Positions 38,548 to 53,500 of a stretch of DNA of 64,000 nt are shown here, one piece after another. The stretch spans positions 1-64,000 of the forward strand of contig JAQGDQ010000124.1 in assembly GCA_030141605.1 (NCBI GenBank). The letters are read 5' to 3'. A program made the translations under genes and the position numbers. A model generated the notes under the pieces. The model made no database searches. It was not told where the DNA came from and worked only from the letters and a program-made list of their open reading frames with translations. This DNA is from Tubiluchus corallicola. Its lineage: Eukaryota; Animalia; Priapulida. Each line of letters begins with the position of its first letter. Within the stretch, counting starts at the first letter, position 1.

Positions 38548-41500
38548 CTGAAAAACATAAATATCAACTGTCTTCACAGCTATGTCAGAAACACTCATTT
38601 GCTTTTTTGAAATATTTGTACCCAGTGGCGGCTCATGGTTGAAATTAGTGTGGGTGGTGCAAAATTAAAAAATTTTTAGCCATTGTTTTAATACTGTGTA
38701 AAACGAAACAAACATGTAATTATAATGTTGAAATTGTAATTTTAAACAAACTAGTTTAAACATTGATAAACTACTAAGCAAAAAACATTGTTTTCTTACG
38801 AATAGCCTAAATTGTCGCAGTTCAAGAATATGCCGACACACGGCTTTTAAGCATATGGCAACTGATAACACATACTGCAGTGAGTGACAGTACTCTTTCT
38901 ACCTAAAGTACAGCGTCTTATCTCAGACGTACTAATGGCCGCATACACACAGCAGCCGAGCTCCACGTTGCTTGGGCTGTGAGGCAAATTGTACTTCCCT
39001 CACGTATTCCGGTTTTGCACAACTATAAAAAAACAACTAAAGGAAAAGACTTATTATATTGAATATTATCGATAATAATGAGTGAAAACTGGGGGTGCTG
39101 CAGTACCACAGTACGTATACACGAGCCGCCACTGTTTGTACCACTAAATTGTGCACGTATTGTCTTCTGCACTACCTAAATCAGAGAGTAGTGTTTTGGT
39201 AATAGTTATTCACTTCTGCTTAACTCTACTTTTTCAAGAAAGCCACTGGGACAAAGACAGAGTGCTAAAGAATGCATTCAACAGTATCCAATAACAGTAA
39301 CAATAACATCTTTTTTAAGGAAGTGACAAAATTAGTCACTTAGAAACAAAGAATTTGTATAACAAAGAAAATAATAATTAATCTGAACAAAAGAGCAAGT
39401 GTGTTATATTACAGTGAAATTAAAAAGCTGGGAAAATAAAAAATAGCTGAAACGCATGAAGATATAGAATCTCAGAATAGCTAAACCTTTTACAGCAATT
39501 GTGTAACTGTACACAATAAAACCAAAAACTGCTATTTCACTCATGCATAAGAATTGAATAAAAAACGAGTCATTGAAATATACGGACGAATCACGGTAAT
39601 ACAATTGTCAAGGACCAAGGGGGTTTCGTACTATCCATTGCACAGGTTTTTACAAACTCACACTATGTATTACTTATAATATAAATAGCTATTAACAGAC
39701 ACGTAGTCTGTACATCAGTTTTCTTTAAATAAGTGAGCATAATTTAAGCTTGTTTAAGCAGCTTAACCCCCTGTTTCAGATAAGTACAAAATAAAAAAAA
39801 TATTTCAACATGTTGACAGTGCATTAGTCTAAAGCTAGGGGTTAGAAGTGCCAGAGAGTCTGCGGTATGTTGCTTTTTGCTGCTGTAATATACTGATAAA
39901 TACTGCTAATGTACAGTCTGTAATTTGATACATTATATTGTGAAGTGCCCACTTACGGTACAAAACATTACTAGACCTGCTGCTATGGTACAGTACAATT
40001 GGATATGTATAAGCGAGGCCTAGGAGCTGTTTAGTGATGGGAGGATAGTATAGGCACTTTAAACTATAAGGGCATTTTTATAAAAGTGGGAAGGCGATTT
40101 GGAAATCAGCAATTTGACGGCAAGCAATTATTTCTACATTCATTTCAATGATTAATTTAAATTATAGCAACTTTTAACATGAAAAAAACCATTAAAGTAG
40201 AAATGTGCTGTAATTAACTCACTAACATTTTATTACTTAAGGAAATCAGCAATTTTACTCTGTTTTGAGTTCTTATAATGTCGCCATTGATATTATGTGG
40301 TTGAAAATTTGGGATAATCACTGACTATAGACTAATTTAAACTATCTTTAAAGTTTAAACTAAACTATTATAAAGTATTGCGTCTGCGTCCTAAAATAAG
40401 CTCATTACATTATGATGTATAATGGGTTGTAAAAACAATCAATTAAGCTCAGTAAGCTGTGGTTACCGTGGTAACAAGTGAATAGTTTCTTGACTAAAAT
40501 CTGGCGGGTCACAGCAGAAATCGTATTATAAGTGTTTATTTACGTTAAAATTATACTGGCGGGACTTTGGGAAAACATCTTACAAAGGGATAGGGATAAG
40601 TGATTACATAAGTTTTATTATAAGCTTGGCCGGAACATAATAAAATCATTGTACTGCCGAGAGTTTCGTTATAAGCCGAATTGTATTACCGAGGTTCGAA
40701 TGTAGTATTCATAAATCTATAATGTCTTCTTGCTAGGCTTAATCGACAATCTAATTTACAACCGGATTTTTCTAAATCACTTGATTTGATCCTACAACAA
40801 AATTTTCTAAATCATTTCATTAGGAGGGGCAGAGACAAAAACCTCTCATTTGGTTTAACTCTGTCAACTAATAAAATTTGTACTTACATTTTGCTTACAT
40901 CAGCATACTTCTGTGTTATACTTTTCTGTAAGCTGGTGAGCACAGACATGATCGATGCGGATCGAGTTTTCAACCGGCTGCCATGTTTATAGAGGAGCTT
41001 CTGCACCCAGGAAAGATAGAACTGAATGTGACGAGACGATTCAATCTGCTTCGCGCAGAAAGATAGCATCTTATCCACGTATACATCCGGTAGCGACTGA
41101 GATATAAAATCAACTGGAAAATGAAGCCTCAAATACAAACTGTAAGCTATTATGAAGAAAGCGTTAGTGTGCATAGCGTTAGTATGCATACAATTACAGA
41201 CACGTGTAAACTTACAGCTTGTAGTATAATAAAAGTATTCTCCATTTCTTCAGAATAATTTGGGCAAATTAATCAACTGGCAGTTGAAAAAAGAATCTAA
41301 ATGTTTCACATGATGTGACCATTTTGAGTGTTTGATAGTAAAATATTACAAATTCACAAATACCATCGTCTGGACTCTTATAAGTTGGTTGCAAACCATT
41401 TCAGTTTTTGCCAAAAATAATGACAGAAACTTAAAGACACGATAATTATCTCATTTTGTCAAAGGAAAACAGGAAGATTTTCCCCATCCTGCTCTACCTT

Positions 41501-44500
41501 GAAGTATGGTAAAAAACTATACAATTTAACACCTATACTAATTCATACGTGTTTCTGATAATTAAATAATAAGTCAAAAACTTAATTAACAGCCAGCGAG
41601 TGAAGTTAGTGATGACGTCACAATTGAATGTACTTTTTAACAGCACCAACGAGTGTTGCTAGTGTTTACGAAAATGAAAATTGGGTTATAGTACTACAGA
41701 ACAACACTGAGTGTGATGCATAAAACTCAGCAATTTTGAGTTTAAAATTTACAGCTTCTGAATAAGCTGCCGAATGTGTGTACTTCATCACAACGGAACT
41801 GAGAGCTACAGCATGTGATTTTTGTACAACGCAATTCCGTGATGAAAGCTCAGAAATCTAAGTAGCGAATGGCAAAATGCATGAAATGGGGCGTAAATGT
41901 GAAACTAAACTTTGATGCTAATAATTTTTTCACATAAGTCACTCTTAAAAAAACAATTATGTTAAATTTCAATATTTTTAACACTAGATTATTTTTAGTT
42001 GCAGTTAGATGGGCACTGCTCCCCTTGAATTATTCTTACTGTCAACTGGAGGAATTTTTTCCACAACTTGCACAATGAGTGGTTGCTCATTAAGTCTAAA
42101 TGCCAACATCAGTGATTTCGTGAAATCCTTTGTCTTCAGAGTTCTTTTCACGCTTTCTGGTGTAACCTAATTAGAAAGAATTACAGTAATTATTTCATTT
42201 TATAAATCAAAGTCACCACCACAAGCTTTAAGAACGCACAGTAAAATCTAGGTTGTTTTTACACAAATTTGCTATCAATTAAAGCATGAGCTACTCAACT
42301 TGGTTTACAGCATAAAAGCCATTTTGCTACTCTCATGCACACCCAAATCCAAAAATGTAGTTAACCATGTCATCAAGCATACAAGAACTCTATTTGTAGA
42401 TAGCGGAGTAAAAAACTGCTGTTAACAAGGCCAAAATTTGTCGAGTATGTATTATACGGGTGATACCTTGATTCAGTGTTCCCAGAGAATTTTAAAATCA
42501 ATTTCCCTGACTTTTCCCTAACCAAATACTGATTTTCCATGACCAAGATAAGTAGAAATTGCATTAACAGTATACATATTCAAACATTTTTGTGTATGGA
42601 GATTCATACGATACATAATGTGTTCGCCAATCATTATTTTTCAAACAGAAATTGAAACTGGGAGCCTGCCACAGCAAAATTTTATTTGAACATGAATCGC
42701 TGAAAAATATGTTTGAAAAAACACCAGTTCACGGTGATTATTTTTGCAACCCTTTTGCCCCATTTTCGTCATTTTCCCTGACTTTTAATGAAATTATCTT
42801 TTTCCCTGACGTTTCCATGACCTTCCAGAATACCTTGTATTTTCAAGGATTTTCCCTAACAGTAGGAACCGTGTGTTTATTATATTAGTCCTAGAAGCAT
42901 ATTGCTGAAATCAAGTATTCAGATGTGAAAAAACTGATATAATAGGGACGTCTCAATAGTAAGGTGGTGCTCAGTGAAGAAAAGAAAAAGTTAACTTTTC
43001 AGTCTTTGTCCTAACACAAACGTAATCTTAAAACCATAGATGCATTTGAGCATAATTGTGTCAAGAATCATTTTCTTAAACAGCTAAGTTAATTCACAAA
43101 TTTAGTTTAACCTAATAAATTGAATTTACTTAATTTAGTTTAACAAACAGTAATTTACAGAGATTCACAAAAATTCACTATACTGTTTGAACTGTATCTA
43201 GTGCAAATTTTGCTTCACAAATTTTGGTGATTCAGTTTAAGTATGAAAGGGATTTGACATACAAATACGTATATGTGCCAAGTAAAATTGTTTTAAACGT
43301 CACATACAATGCTCAAAAACAGCAAATAGCAAAGTACAAAAAGTTAAGGTTCCCCGGTCAAAACTGTACCGACTGTTGTCAGCATAAATGAATGACTAAA
43401 ATAATCCTAGCATGCTGCTATTTGTGCATTGCTGGGTTTTGCTTGTAGTTGACATCCATTTTGTTTTCCAAATTATCACAACAGCAGTAGGAGTTAGCAT
43501 ACTGAATTAACCTGTTTGGCAAGCTCAGAGTTAAATTTAGCATAAACAAATTGCAGTTCAAAAACACCAAAATGAAACACTAGACATTTCTTACATTCAA
43601 CTATGACTTTTTTAAGTCTCAATTCTGGCCAATAAGGAAGCTAAAAAACAGCCTACCTCAATGTCCAAATCAAATGGATCAAACACGAGACTATTATCTA
43701 AAGAATAGATAAGAAGACCTTCTGTTGTAGTAGCTGCCCAAGCTCTACCTGTAAAAAGGTAATAAAGGCAAATTTCAAGTTAACTGTAGTTAATGAGTAA
43801 CCTATATTTGATGTGGTCTTTTTAATTCATAAGCATTTTAGTGAGTGTTTGTTACAGTAATGTTTTTAAGATTGAACATAGATAACAATTTTGTAAATTT
43901 GGTTTAAAAGAAAATTCTATAAGTAGAGGAGAGGCAAAAAAGTCATCCCTTTCATCTGCTTTGCAGAACTTCGCAACAGCACAGAGTTGTTTTTTGAATC
44001 GCAACAACAAATGTACAAAGGAATTTGGACTGTTCATTAAATGCGAACAGTAACTGACCTGTTGGGGAAAACTGGACACAGGACACTCGGACATCGGGTT
44101 TGAAGTGTCGGGCTGCCATGTCCCCTTTTTTCACGCCTGGTAGTGAGATAGCTTTGTTCGCCCCCTCTTCCATTTCCTCAATCAAGTTGATGTTGCCAAA
44201 CTCTGTCATGCGACGACGGTCCAAAAATTCCTGAAATTTTACGAATTTGTACCATCGAGCAATGAGGCAATAGCAATGCAACTAAAGATGCAGCAGTTGC
44301 AGCAATCGACATGACAAATGTTTTAATTGTTCCGCAGTAAATGGGAAAAAACTGAATGTTATGGCTTCTAAACAAGTTACAAATAAAAGGCTTTTCATCC
44401 AACGTCTAAGTATGAACATACTATAAAGATATTGTCACATGTATCACCTAAGCAACAAACCTAAGAAAAATAAAATATAAACAATGCTCTCGCATAATGA

Positions 44501-47500
44501 AATGCGTAAACATATGCAGAAAAAGTTGGCAAATTAATTGCTTTTTAAAATTTTCTCGATTTTGGTTCTTGTTCACCACACATTTTTTGAGTTTTTTTTT
44601 ACTAACAAGTGCTTGAAATTTTGCAAATTTTACCAGCAAAATTTGATCAATTTCAAAAAGTCACTGTTTTCATTATCATTATAAGCTCATTTCATAAGGT
44701 GTCAATATTTGTAGTACTGATTTCGGACAGATCAACAAAAGTGTAAACTTCGTGAAGACAAAAAGAACAATACCTCTGTTCCCTCAAAGGACAAATTGCA
44801 GGTGATTTCAAATCTTTTCAATAAGAGTTGTTCTTTGACATGATAAATGCAAACGTTTTTTGACTGACCAGCAGCAATTATGCAGTCACCATCAGCTGTG
44901 TAACACAATGTGGTAAAAGCCCTAGAAAATAAAAATAAACTGCATTTAATAATACCAAATATAAAATTCATATTATAATGTACAAATTGTAACATAATGT
45001 GGTAAAAGTCCTAGAAAACTAAATAATAAACTATAAATAATACCGAATGTGAAAATTTAATTACAATACACAAATCATAAACATCCCCTTAAAATTAATT
45101 AAGGCATGACTGCATGTTAGAAATGTATTGAACAAACTTTTAAATTAATCTTTTGCTAAAATAACCAGTATGAGAGTACAGCAAAAGAATTTTATAAAAC
45201 AACACTTTGTGCCAACTGAAGGTTTGTTCGTTCATTGCTGTCATATGTGACTCACATAAATTCACCTAATCACAGCTTAAATTTCCTAAATGTAAGAATT
45301 TTACTCTGTTAAAAGAGACATTCTATGGTTAATGGTTTCACTAAACTAGTTTTCCAGTGGCGTTCCCCTTTGCATTTTATATGACTACATTCAACAGCAA
45401 AACGTAAAGCAGCAAAACAGCCTGAAAATGGTTTTAGCAAGTTTAGCTAATGAATACAGAAAGCTAAAAAGCAGGTTCTGTGCATTCATGTCACATTACA
45501 GCATTCACATCACATTACAGCATTCACGTCACATTACAGCATTCGCGTCACATAACAGCATTCACGTCGCATTGCAGCATTCAGGTCGCATTACAGCACT
45601 CACGCCACATCACAGCATTCACGTTGCATCATAGCATTCACGTTGCATCACAGCATTCACGTCGCATTACAGCATTCGCATCGCATTACAGCATTCGCAT
45701 CGCATTACAGCATTCGCATCGCATTACAGCATTCGTGTCGCATTACAGCATTCATGTCACATTACAGCATTCATGTCCCATTACAGCATTTCATTATAGA
45801 ACTTGAAATGAATCACGATAATGCTTTACAATGGAGTAGCACCAAAAGTAGCACCTTACCTTACAAAACCATCTTAAAGTATCATAGGCAACTGGTCAAC
45901 AAAAACAATTTTGTTCTAAAATATTCTGGAATTTAATTGCATTATATCACAATTTATTTGCAACAAAACAAATTTGCAGTATAACGAATTTTGAGGCCAT
46001 TAATGGCTAGTATATTTCTTTTGTAATGATGAAATTGTCCTCTTATAAAACTATGACACGATTATTTTTACATTTTTCCTAAAAAAGGTATCAAGCACTC
46101 GCATTTAATAAGAGAGAATGGTTTCTAAATTTTACTTTAAGAATATAGCACTTTATACAGAATCTAATGAACTAGCCTGGATGACTAGAGTCTAGATCAA
46201 CATTTGAAAACCTTACAGTATACTGACCTCCCTTCTCTAGACTTCTTTGCAGTTATTTTATCCGTTTCTCGACGACTGCCACCTATGTCTCGCCTGCCCT
46301 CTATTGCACCGACTTGAGTCGCATTTGCGATGTCCCAAAATGTAATCTGGCAATCCAACGTTGCTACAGCTAATTGCTCGCCATCTGGTCGAAATACTGC
46401 AGTCATGCCTGACGAAATTTGCGGATAATTTACACAATAAATACATCAATTTTGACACACAGATAGGCAACATAAACAGTTTAGCAAGAAGCCAATTCTG
46501 AAACATGAGGTTAAAAAGTAGTTACAGTAAGTCCTTGCTTAATGACGCTAATGCGTTCCAGAAAAATGCAACGTTAAGAGAAATGTCGTTAAACAAAACC
46601 GAGACTTCCGCAGAAAGTAATGTAGAAGAATGGAGATATGTTCCAGAAGCAAAAATCAGTGCTGCTTACATCATATAAATTAAATGTTTTATGGGTTTTA
46701 TTCGTTTTTCTACTGATTAATTTCTTTCTATAATATCTAGCTAGACTTGCTAGCAGTTCTCTTTCCTTAATGTTAAAGCCTACAGACAAGGTTGCAGACA
46801 AGATTCCTTGGCTTAAAGTTTAAACTCGGGTGTGTGTAGGCATATAAATCTCGCCTGATACAAGGGCTAGAACCGCTATAATTTAGTATCTAGTCACTCG
46901 GGGGAAAAAGCAGTATAGTAAATGCGCTGTTTAGGCTCTAATGCTTGAAATTAGGTAAAAACAAGTTGTTGATAAAATAAAAATAGCAAAATAAAAAAAT
47001 CGTCATTAAAATGAAACATGCACCGTTAAGTAAGAAAAAGGTGTCAAATGTCCAGCGTTGTTAAAACGAAACGTCGCTTAACGATTACTGTACTTCACAG
47101 TTACATTGCTACTGCAAAAATGATGTAAATGCTATTTGTAGTATTTTACGCATGAGATAATTTTGTGGAACTGAGAATAACGGTACCATCTGTAGTCAAA
47201 GGTATGGTTTCCCGACTGCTTTTAGACTCAAAGATGTCCCATACTTTGACGGTTTTGTCCCAAGAAGTGCTAGCCAACACTGATTTGGTTCTGCTAAAAG
47301 TCAAGGAGCTGACTGGACCTTCATGACCCAAAAGAACCTGTTAACATATCTATATATAATAACATATATACACACAAATACAATGGTTTACGGCCCCATT
47401 TGTTTTTTTAATTAGCTTTTAAATTTTTTAATACTGATTATTGTTGTAAATGAAGGTAGCTTATAGTTTTAAAATGTTTCAACTATATTTTGTACTATAA

Positions 47501-50500
47501 ATTTTATACAGATGAAAATCTAAATAACCACGTCTACTATCTATGCGCAAAAATACTTAGATATTTAAGACATTAGTGTTAGTTTAATTCAGCATTTACC
47601 CACAAAACACTTGATGGTACGTTACTGCCAGGGTCAGGGGGAGGGGGAAATATGTGTAGGGCCTGGGAAAACAACAAAGCCTTATAACACTTGTTAGATT
47701 CCCAGTAATATCACAAGGCAATACCAAGTTTAACATGCAGTTGACACGTTAACGCATCTAGTTTTGCTTTCACTACAACCAAACAATTACGAAAACAAAC
47801 TGTTTAGCACTATATTAAAAGGACTAATTAGATTTAACATAACGAAAGTTGCAATCTTCTGTTCTGATTTCACTCATACAGTGTTATACACGTTGCTTTA
47901 TCTAGCCATACATGCTTTATAACGCGGTCTTGATTGGTGCTCTCACATATAAACAAGACACGTTTTATCAGAAACAAGGCGCGGTGGCTGAGTGCTTACG
48001 GCAAATTGGCTGCAAGGAGCCTAGGTTCAAATCCCATTCACATGGAGATTTTTTGAGACATGATCCAGTAGAACAGAACTTTATGCCCACTTTTCTAGGT
48101 TCACTAAACATTAACTAGCTATTTCCTTGTATGCCATAAATAGACTCCATGATGCCATTTATCCCCGCATGAAATCAGAGGCATTTGAACATTCTTCTTG
48201 TTTATGGTTAAGCTATAATCGAACTCACTGTAGCACGCATGAAAAATAATTGTTAAAAAATAAATTTGCTTACTTCCAGGAGGCGTCCAGTTTGCATTGA
48301 CCAAACATATAACTCAAAACTGTCCTGACTTCCTGCGCAAATGATTTCTCCACTATGATCCACGGCTAATGTGGATAACTGAGTGGGCTGCGGCGAGGTG
48401 AATGTCCGAAAGTTCCGGTATCTGCAAGCAAAGCAAAACTACTTAAGAATCAAATAATTATCTTTTCTCTATGTACAAAAACTTAAATATTCAGCTGCTC
48501 TCTAATAATACCAAACTTCATTCCCATGTGGCACCTACATTTTTTTTCCAGGAACTAACAATAAATTTCTAGTAAAGAGACACATTTGTATAAAATAGAG
48601 GAAGTACCTACAGGATAATAATAATAATAATAATAATGGGTATTCCCTTGTGAGATAAAAGAATTCATCTTAAAACTTATCATTTAACTAGAAAATCTGA
48701 GATTATTTAGCTGAGTGGTCAAGATCTGTAATTGGCAACAGAAGTTAATGGTTGCGAGGCTTGTCAGTGAATGGATGGATGGATGGAGATGAATGGATTG
48801 ATATTTGCTCTGGGCATCTTTATTTGCCATATTGATTCTATCTGTTCACCACACTGATGGAAGATGCAGCTTGAACACCTTCGCCAGTTTACTGGCTCAT
48901 CTTAGAGGCATAGTTGCAACAGCAATCAAAGACTATCCAAATTGAGTAGGACATGACGACGAATACTGCAGTCCAGCACGCAGGTGTTCCAAAGAGTATA
49001 AAAAAGCTCTGAAGTTTTGAAATCTTACATGCTGACCAATGATCTTGTGATCACATTATAGAGAGCACTTTAGGTGCACCTAACACACACCTATTAAGAT
49101 CAAATGCTCTCACAGTTCCATCTAATGAAGCCGACACAACAACTTGTCCAGTGTGGTTAAAAGCCACACAAGAAATGCTAGCTGTATGCTCGGTAAAAGT
49201 GACGAAACAGAAACCACTGGCTGTGCTCCAAACTTTCACCTAAAAATGAATATATAAATAATATCAATGACAGATGTGATTACATATTTTGCAGTAATAA
49301 CAGGGGCAAAGAAAGTTCTACACACTTAAACAAAAGTGTAAGAAAGTTAGTTTATGTGAAAATATTTAGCTCGGAAACACAAAACAGAACCTGTGCCATG
49401 TGACATGGAATGGAGCGAAATGGAAGTGAACCACTGAACAACAATAACTATTATAAAACTTTGCAGCAGAGCACCTGACTACATGTTGCTAGAATACGGC
49501 TTTAAAGAGTAAAAACTACATAGAAAAAATATTTTTAATTAAAAAACCGGTTGATCTTAGGCGAGCCAAAAACCTAATTAAACAGTAAAATATGTACATA
49601 ACTTGCGAAGTACAGTTTACACACAATAAGTTACAGGAGTATACATATACAGTTGCAGAAGCATACAAGTTTACATACAATAAGTATAAGCGTTTTATAC
49701 TAAAGTATAGAGCAGGTTGCGCGTAAGGTTTTTTAGCACCCAGTAAACACTGACGTCAGGATCAATAGAACACAAGTATGCATCATATCAATTGATTTTC
49801 AATTGCTGCAAAGCAGCCAATAGGATGCGACAGTTTATTGGTTCGCTGTGGCGCTGCGGCGCAAAAACAGCAGTTTGATTTTCATTGAGCTCTGACATAA
49901 ATCATTAAATTTAAAGTGCTTTCGCAAAATTTAAACGTTTATCTAAGCTTATTACATTTGATTATGATATGATGGAGACACGAGGATCGAAAAATCCCAA
50001 AAGAACGCAGTCTGTTGCTGAGATGAGTGAACAAAACGCTTCCACTAGTAACGCGCCAAACAATTCAAATATGGCGGGAAAGCAAACGGCTTCGGAACAA
50101 ACAGCTGATACTACGCAAAATTTACCAACGAATACCCAGTCAATGCAAAACAACACGACGGCAGCAGGTGATCAGTCAGTCAGCCTACAGTGTTTGAATG
50201 CCATTCGAAGCTTACAAGAGCAGGTTCGTGCATTAGACAGAAAATTTTCTGAAGAAACAGAAGAAATTAAACAATCGCAACAGTTTATTTCAAACAGCTT
50301 TGAAGACATGAAAAAGGAAATTTCAGGCGTAGTCACACAGGTAAACTCACTTACAACTAAAGTAAAATCCCTAGAGTTAACAGTTGCTACATTACAAGAG
50401 TCGGTTAAAGACAAAGATGCAACCATTGACAGATTAGAACAGTATAGCAGGAGAGAATGTTTGGAGATTACTGGGATACCTGTGACAAAGGGAGAAGACA

Positions 50501-53500
50501 CGGATGAGATTGTGAAAGATCTAGCAAACTCGATGGGAGTGCAAATAGATGACAGTGACATCAGTGTGTCGCACAGATTACCGGCAAACGTAAGGAAAGA
50601 AACACCAAAAATCATATTGAAGTTTGTTAGGAAAACCAAGAGGGACGAGATGTATAAGAAAAGAGGCGAAGTCACATATACCAGCGATTTACCTACAGGG
50701 AGTTACCATTATGGAAGGCAAAGAATCTACATTAATGAGAGCTTGACTCAAAAACGAAAACAACTGTTTTATGATGTTAAGCAGTTCAAAAAAGAAAAAT
50801 ATTTTAAATATTTGTGGACCAAAAATGGCAGAATTTTGTTAAAATACAATGATGAAAGTGAAGTGTTTGCCATAGAAACACAAACAGATTTTCGCAAAGT
50901 AGTGAACAAAACAAATTAAAGTGTAAAAAATGTAAATATTATCAATGCCAGTTAGGCACCCTTGCAATAAATGTGCTAGACCCTGTAAATATAATGAAAA
51001 TTCTATTAACTGTGATAATTGTTATCAGTGGACCCATTTAAGGTGCACTGCTCTGACAATTAACCAATTCAATATACTAGGATTGTATTAAATGCTTAAA
51101 TGATATTTTCCCCTTCCAGGAACAAGAGAATGAGGATATACAAGAATTTTTTAGAATAGATGTATCCATGTCAACTCTGACCAGTCTACCTTCTTTGCGT
51201 GAGTTTTCTACTTTTACTAACTTTCCACTAATAAAAATGATCCTGATAACTTTCTTCCTTATCAAGAAAGTAATTATTATAAACTGTCAACTCTATCTAG
51301 TCAAGATGACTTAGCAAATACCAGTAAGGATTTCACTTTTGTGCATTTTAATGTCAGTAGTATAAACAAAAATTACACTAGTATGTTAGACGTTCTTTTA
51401 CACTTTCAAAACCCTCCTGACATTATAGCATTAAGTGAAACCCGTTTAAAAAAAGATCATATTTTTCTCACACCCTTACCTGGGTATCAATTTATTTGTG
51501 ACGATTCCACAACCAATGCAGGTGGTGTGGGATTGTATATCAGAAACTCTGTAATTTTTTCAGAAATGCCTAAATACAAAATGCACAACTCAGACTGTAA
51601 AAATGGCTCCACAAACCGTATGCAACTGGAGAATATGTGGATTGAAATAGAAACTCCACCCAACATCAAAAACATTTTATTTGGAGTCATCTACAGGCAC
51701 CCAAATACTAACCTTGAAGAATTTCATGAAGAACTAGAAAGCAAATTATCCTTAATTAACAGAACTAACAAATTTTGCTATATATGCGGTGACATAAATA
51801 TTAACTTACTACATAGTGACAGCAAAACCTCAGTGACAAATTATACAAACATGTTATTCTCTAATAATTTTGTGCCAATTATAACTAAACCAACAAGAAT
51901 AACTCATCACACTAATACACTCATTGATCATATTTATAAAAATGACCTCACCAACCACGTAACACCTGGAATTTTGCTTTATCAAGTAGCCGACCATCTT
52001 CCTATATTTGCAATTATAAAGCATACTAAACTGAAAATGAAATCCAACAAAATCACCACAAGAAATTTTAAAAATTCAACTGAACAAAATTTTTTAAATA
52101 ACCTGCAGCTAGAATTAGCCAAAATAAATTTTAATGACTTGGAAACTAATGAGGGATTTAGCAAATTTAATGAAATACTCTTCAATGTGTTTAATAATCA
52201 TTTTCCTTTGCAAACTCTGTCTAGGAAAGACACTATTACATTTCAAAAACCATGGATCACTAAAGGAATTTTAAATAGTATTAAAACCAGATCACGTCTT
52301 TACAAATCAAACAAACTCTCAAATAATTTATACAAACAAATCTACTACAAATCCTACTCAAATAAATTAAATCATGTCAAAGAATCATCAAAAAAACAAT
52401 ATTACACTGAAACATTGCAAAAACACAAGAATAACATGAAAAAAACTTGGGAAACAATAAACAGTATTATAAAAACTGATCCAAAAACACGACAACACCA
52501 AGTAAGTTAACAATAAATAATGTGGACTATACAGATACATATGATATTGCCAGTAAACTAAATGAGTTTTTTGTAAATATAGGCCCTGACATGGCTGCCA
52601 AAATACCTAAACCTAACGTTAGTTTTACTGACTTTTTAAAAAACCCTAACCCAAATTCTTTTTTTAATCCTATTACTGAAAATGAAACATGCACACTTTT
52701 AAACACACTTAATTCAAACAAATCACCAGGACCACAAAATATACCAATATCTTTTTTTAAATCTGCAAGTCAAATTATTTCACCAATACTCACATTACTG
52801 TTTAATAAATCGGTTAATGCTAGAACTTTTCCAAATATATTAAAAATAGCAAAAGTTATTCCTTTATATAAAACTGGCTCTCCACATGAACCTGGCAATT
52901 ACAGACCAATATCTCTCTTATCACCAGTATCAAAAGTTTTTGAGAGGCTAATTTACAAGAGATTATACCAGTTTGTTGTGAAAAGTAATATCCTAAGTAA
53001 ATACCAGTTTGGTTTCAGAAAAAATTATTCAACTGCCCTTGCTGTATCCGAATTAATAGACACGATCTCTCTAGACACTGACAAAAAATTACTGAATTGC
53101 GGAATATTTTTAGACTTATCAAAAGCTTTTGATACCGTACAGCATAGTATACTAATAGCCAAATTAAACCATTATGGCATAAGAGGTCTACCTTTGCAAC
53201 TAATTCTGTCATATCTAACTAACAGAAAACAATTCATATCTATTAACAATGTATCATCAGACTATAAACACATATCGTGTGGAGTGCCACAAGGCTCTAA
53301 TTTAGGACCTCTTCTATTCTTAATTTATATTAACGATCTTCCCACATGCAGCAACTTTCGAACCCGAATATTTGCCGATGACACTAATTTGTTCATGTCT
53401 GACTCCAATATAAATAATCTGCAAAAATCTGTTAATGACGAAATGAAAAAAATAGACCTGTGGATGAGGGCAAACCAGCTATCAATTAACTACAAAAAAA

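Noticed and set aside
39991-40703. Possible Tc1/pogo-type MITE
   Set aside because: The right end looks TIR-like, but I could not match a convincing left TIR.
41727-41791. C/D-box snoRNA candidate in a PWP2 intron (GTGATGA...CTGA on the - strand)
   Set aside because: No terminal stem and no convincing rRNA-complementary guide next to a D or D' box; needs snoscan or Rfam to rescue.
45428-45936. His/Ser-rich ORFs, and the 19-bp array as CRISPR-like
   Set aside because: Contiguous tandem units with no unique spacers in a eukaryotic intron; the ORFs are repeat translations.
50172-50675. 167-aa - strand ORF
   Set aside because: Antisense shadow of LINE ORF1 with no independent features.
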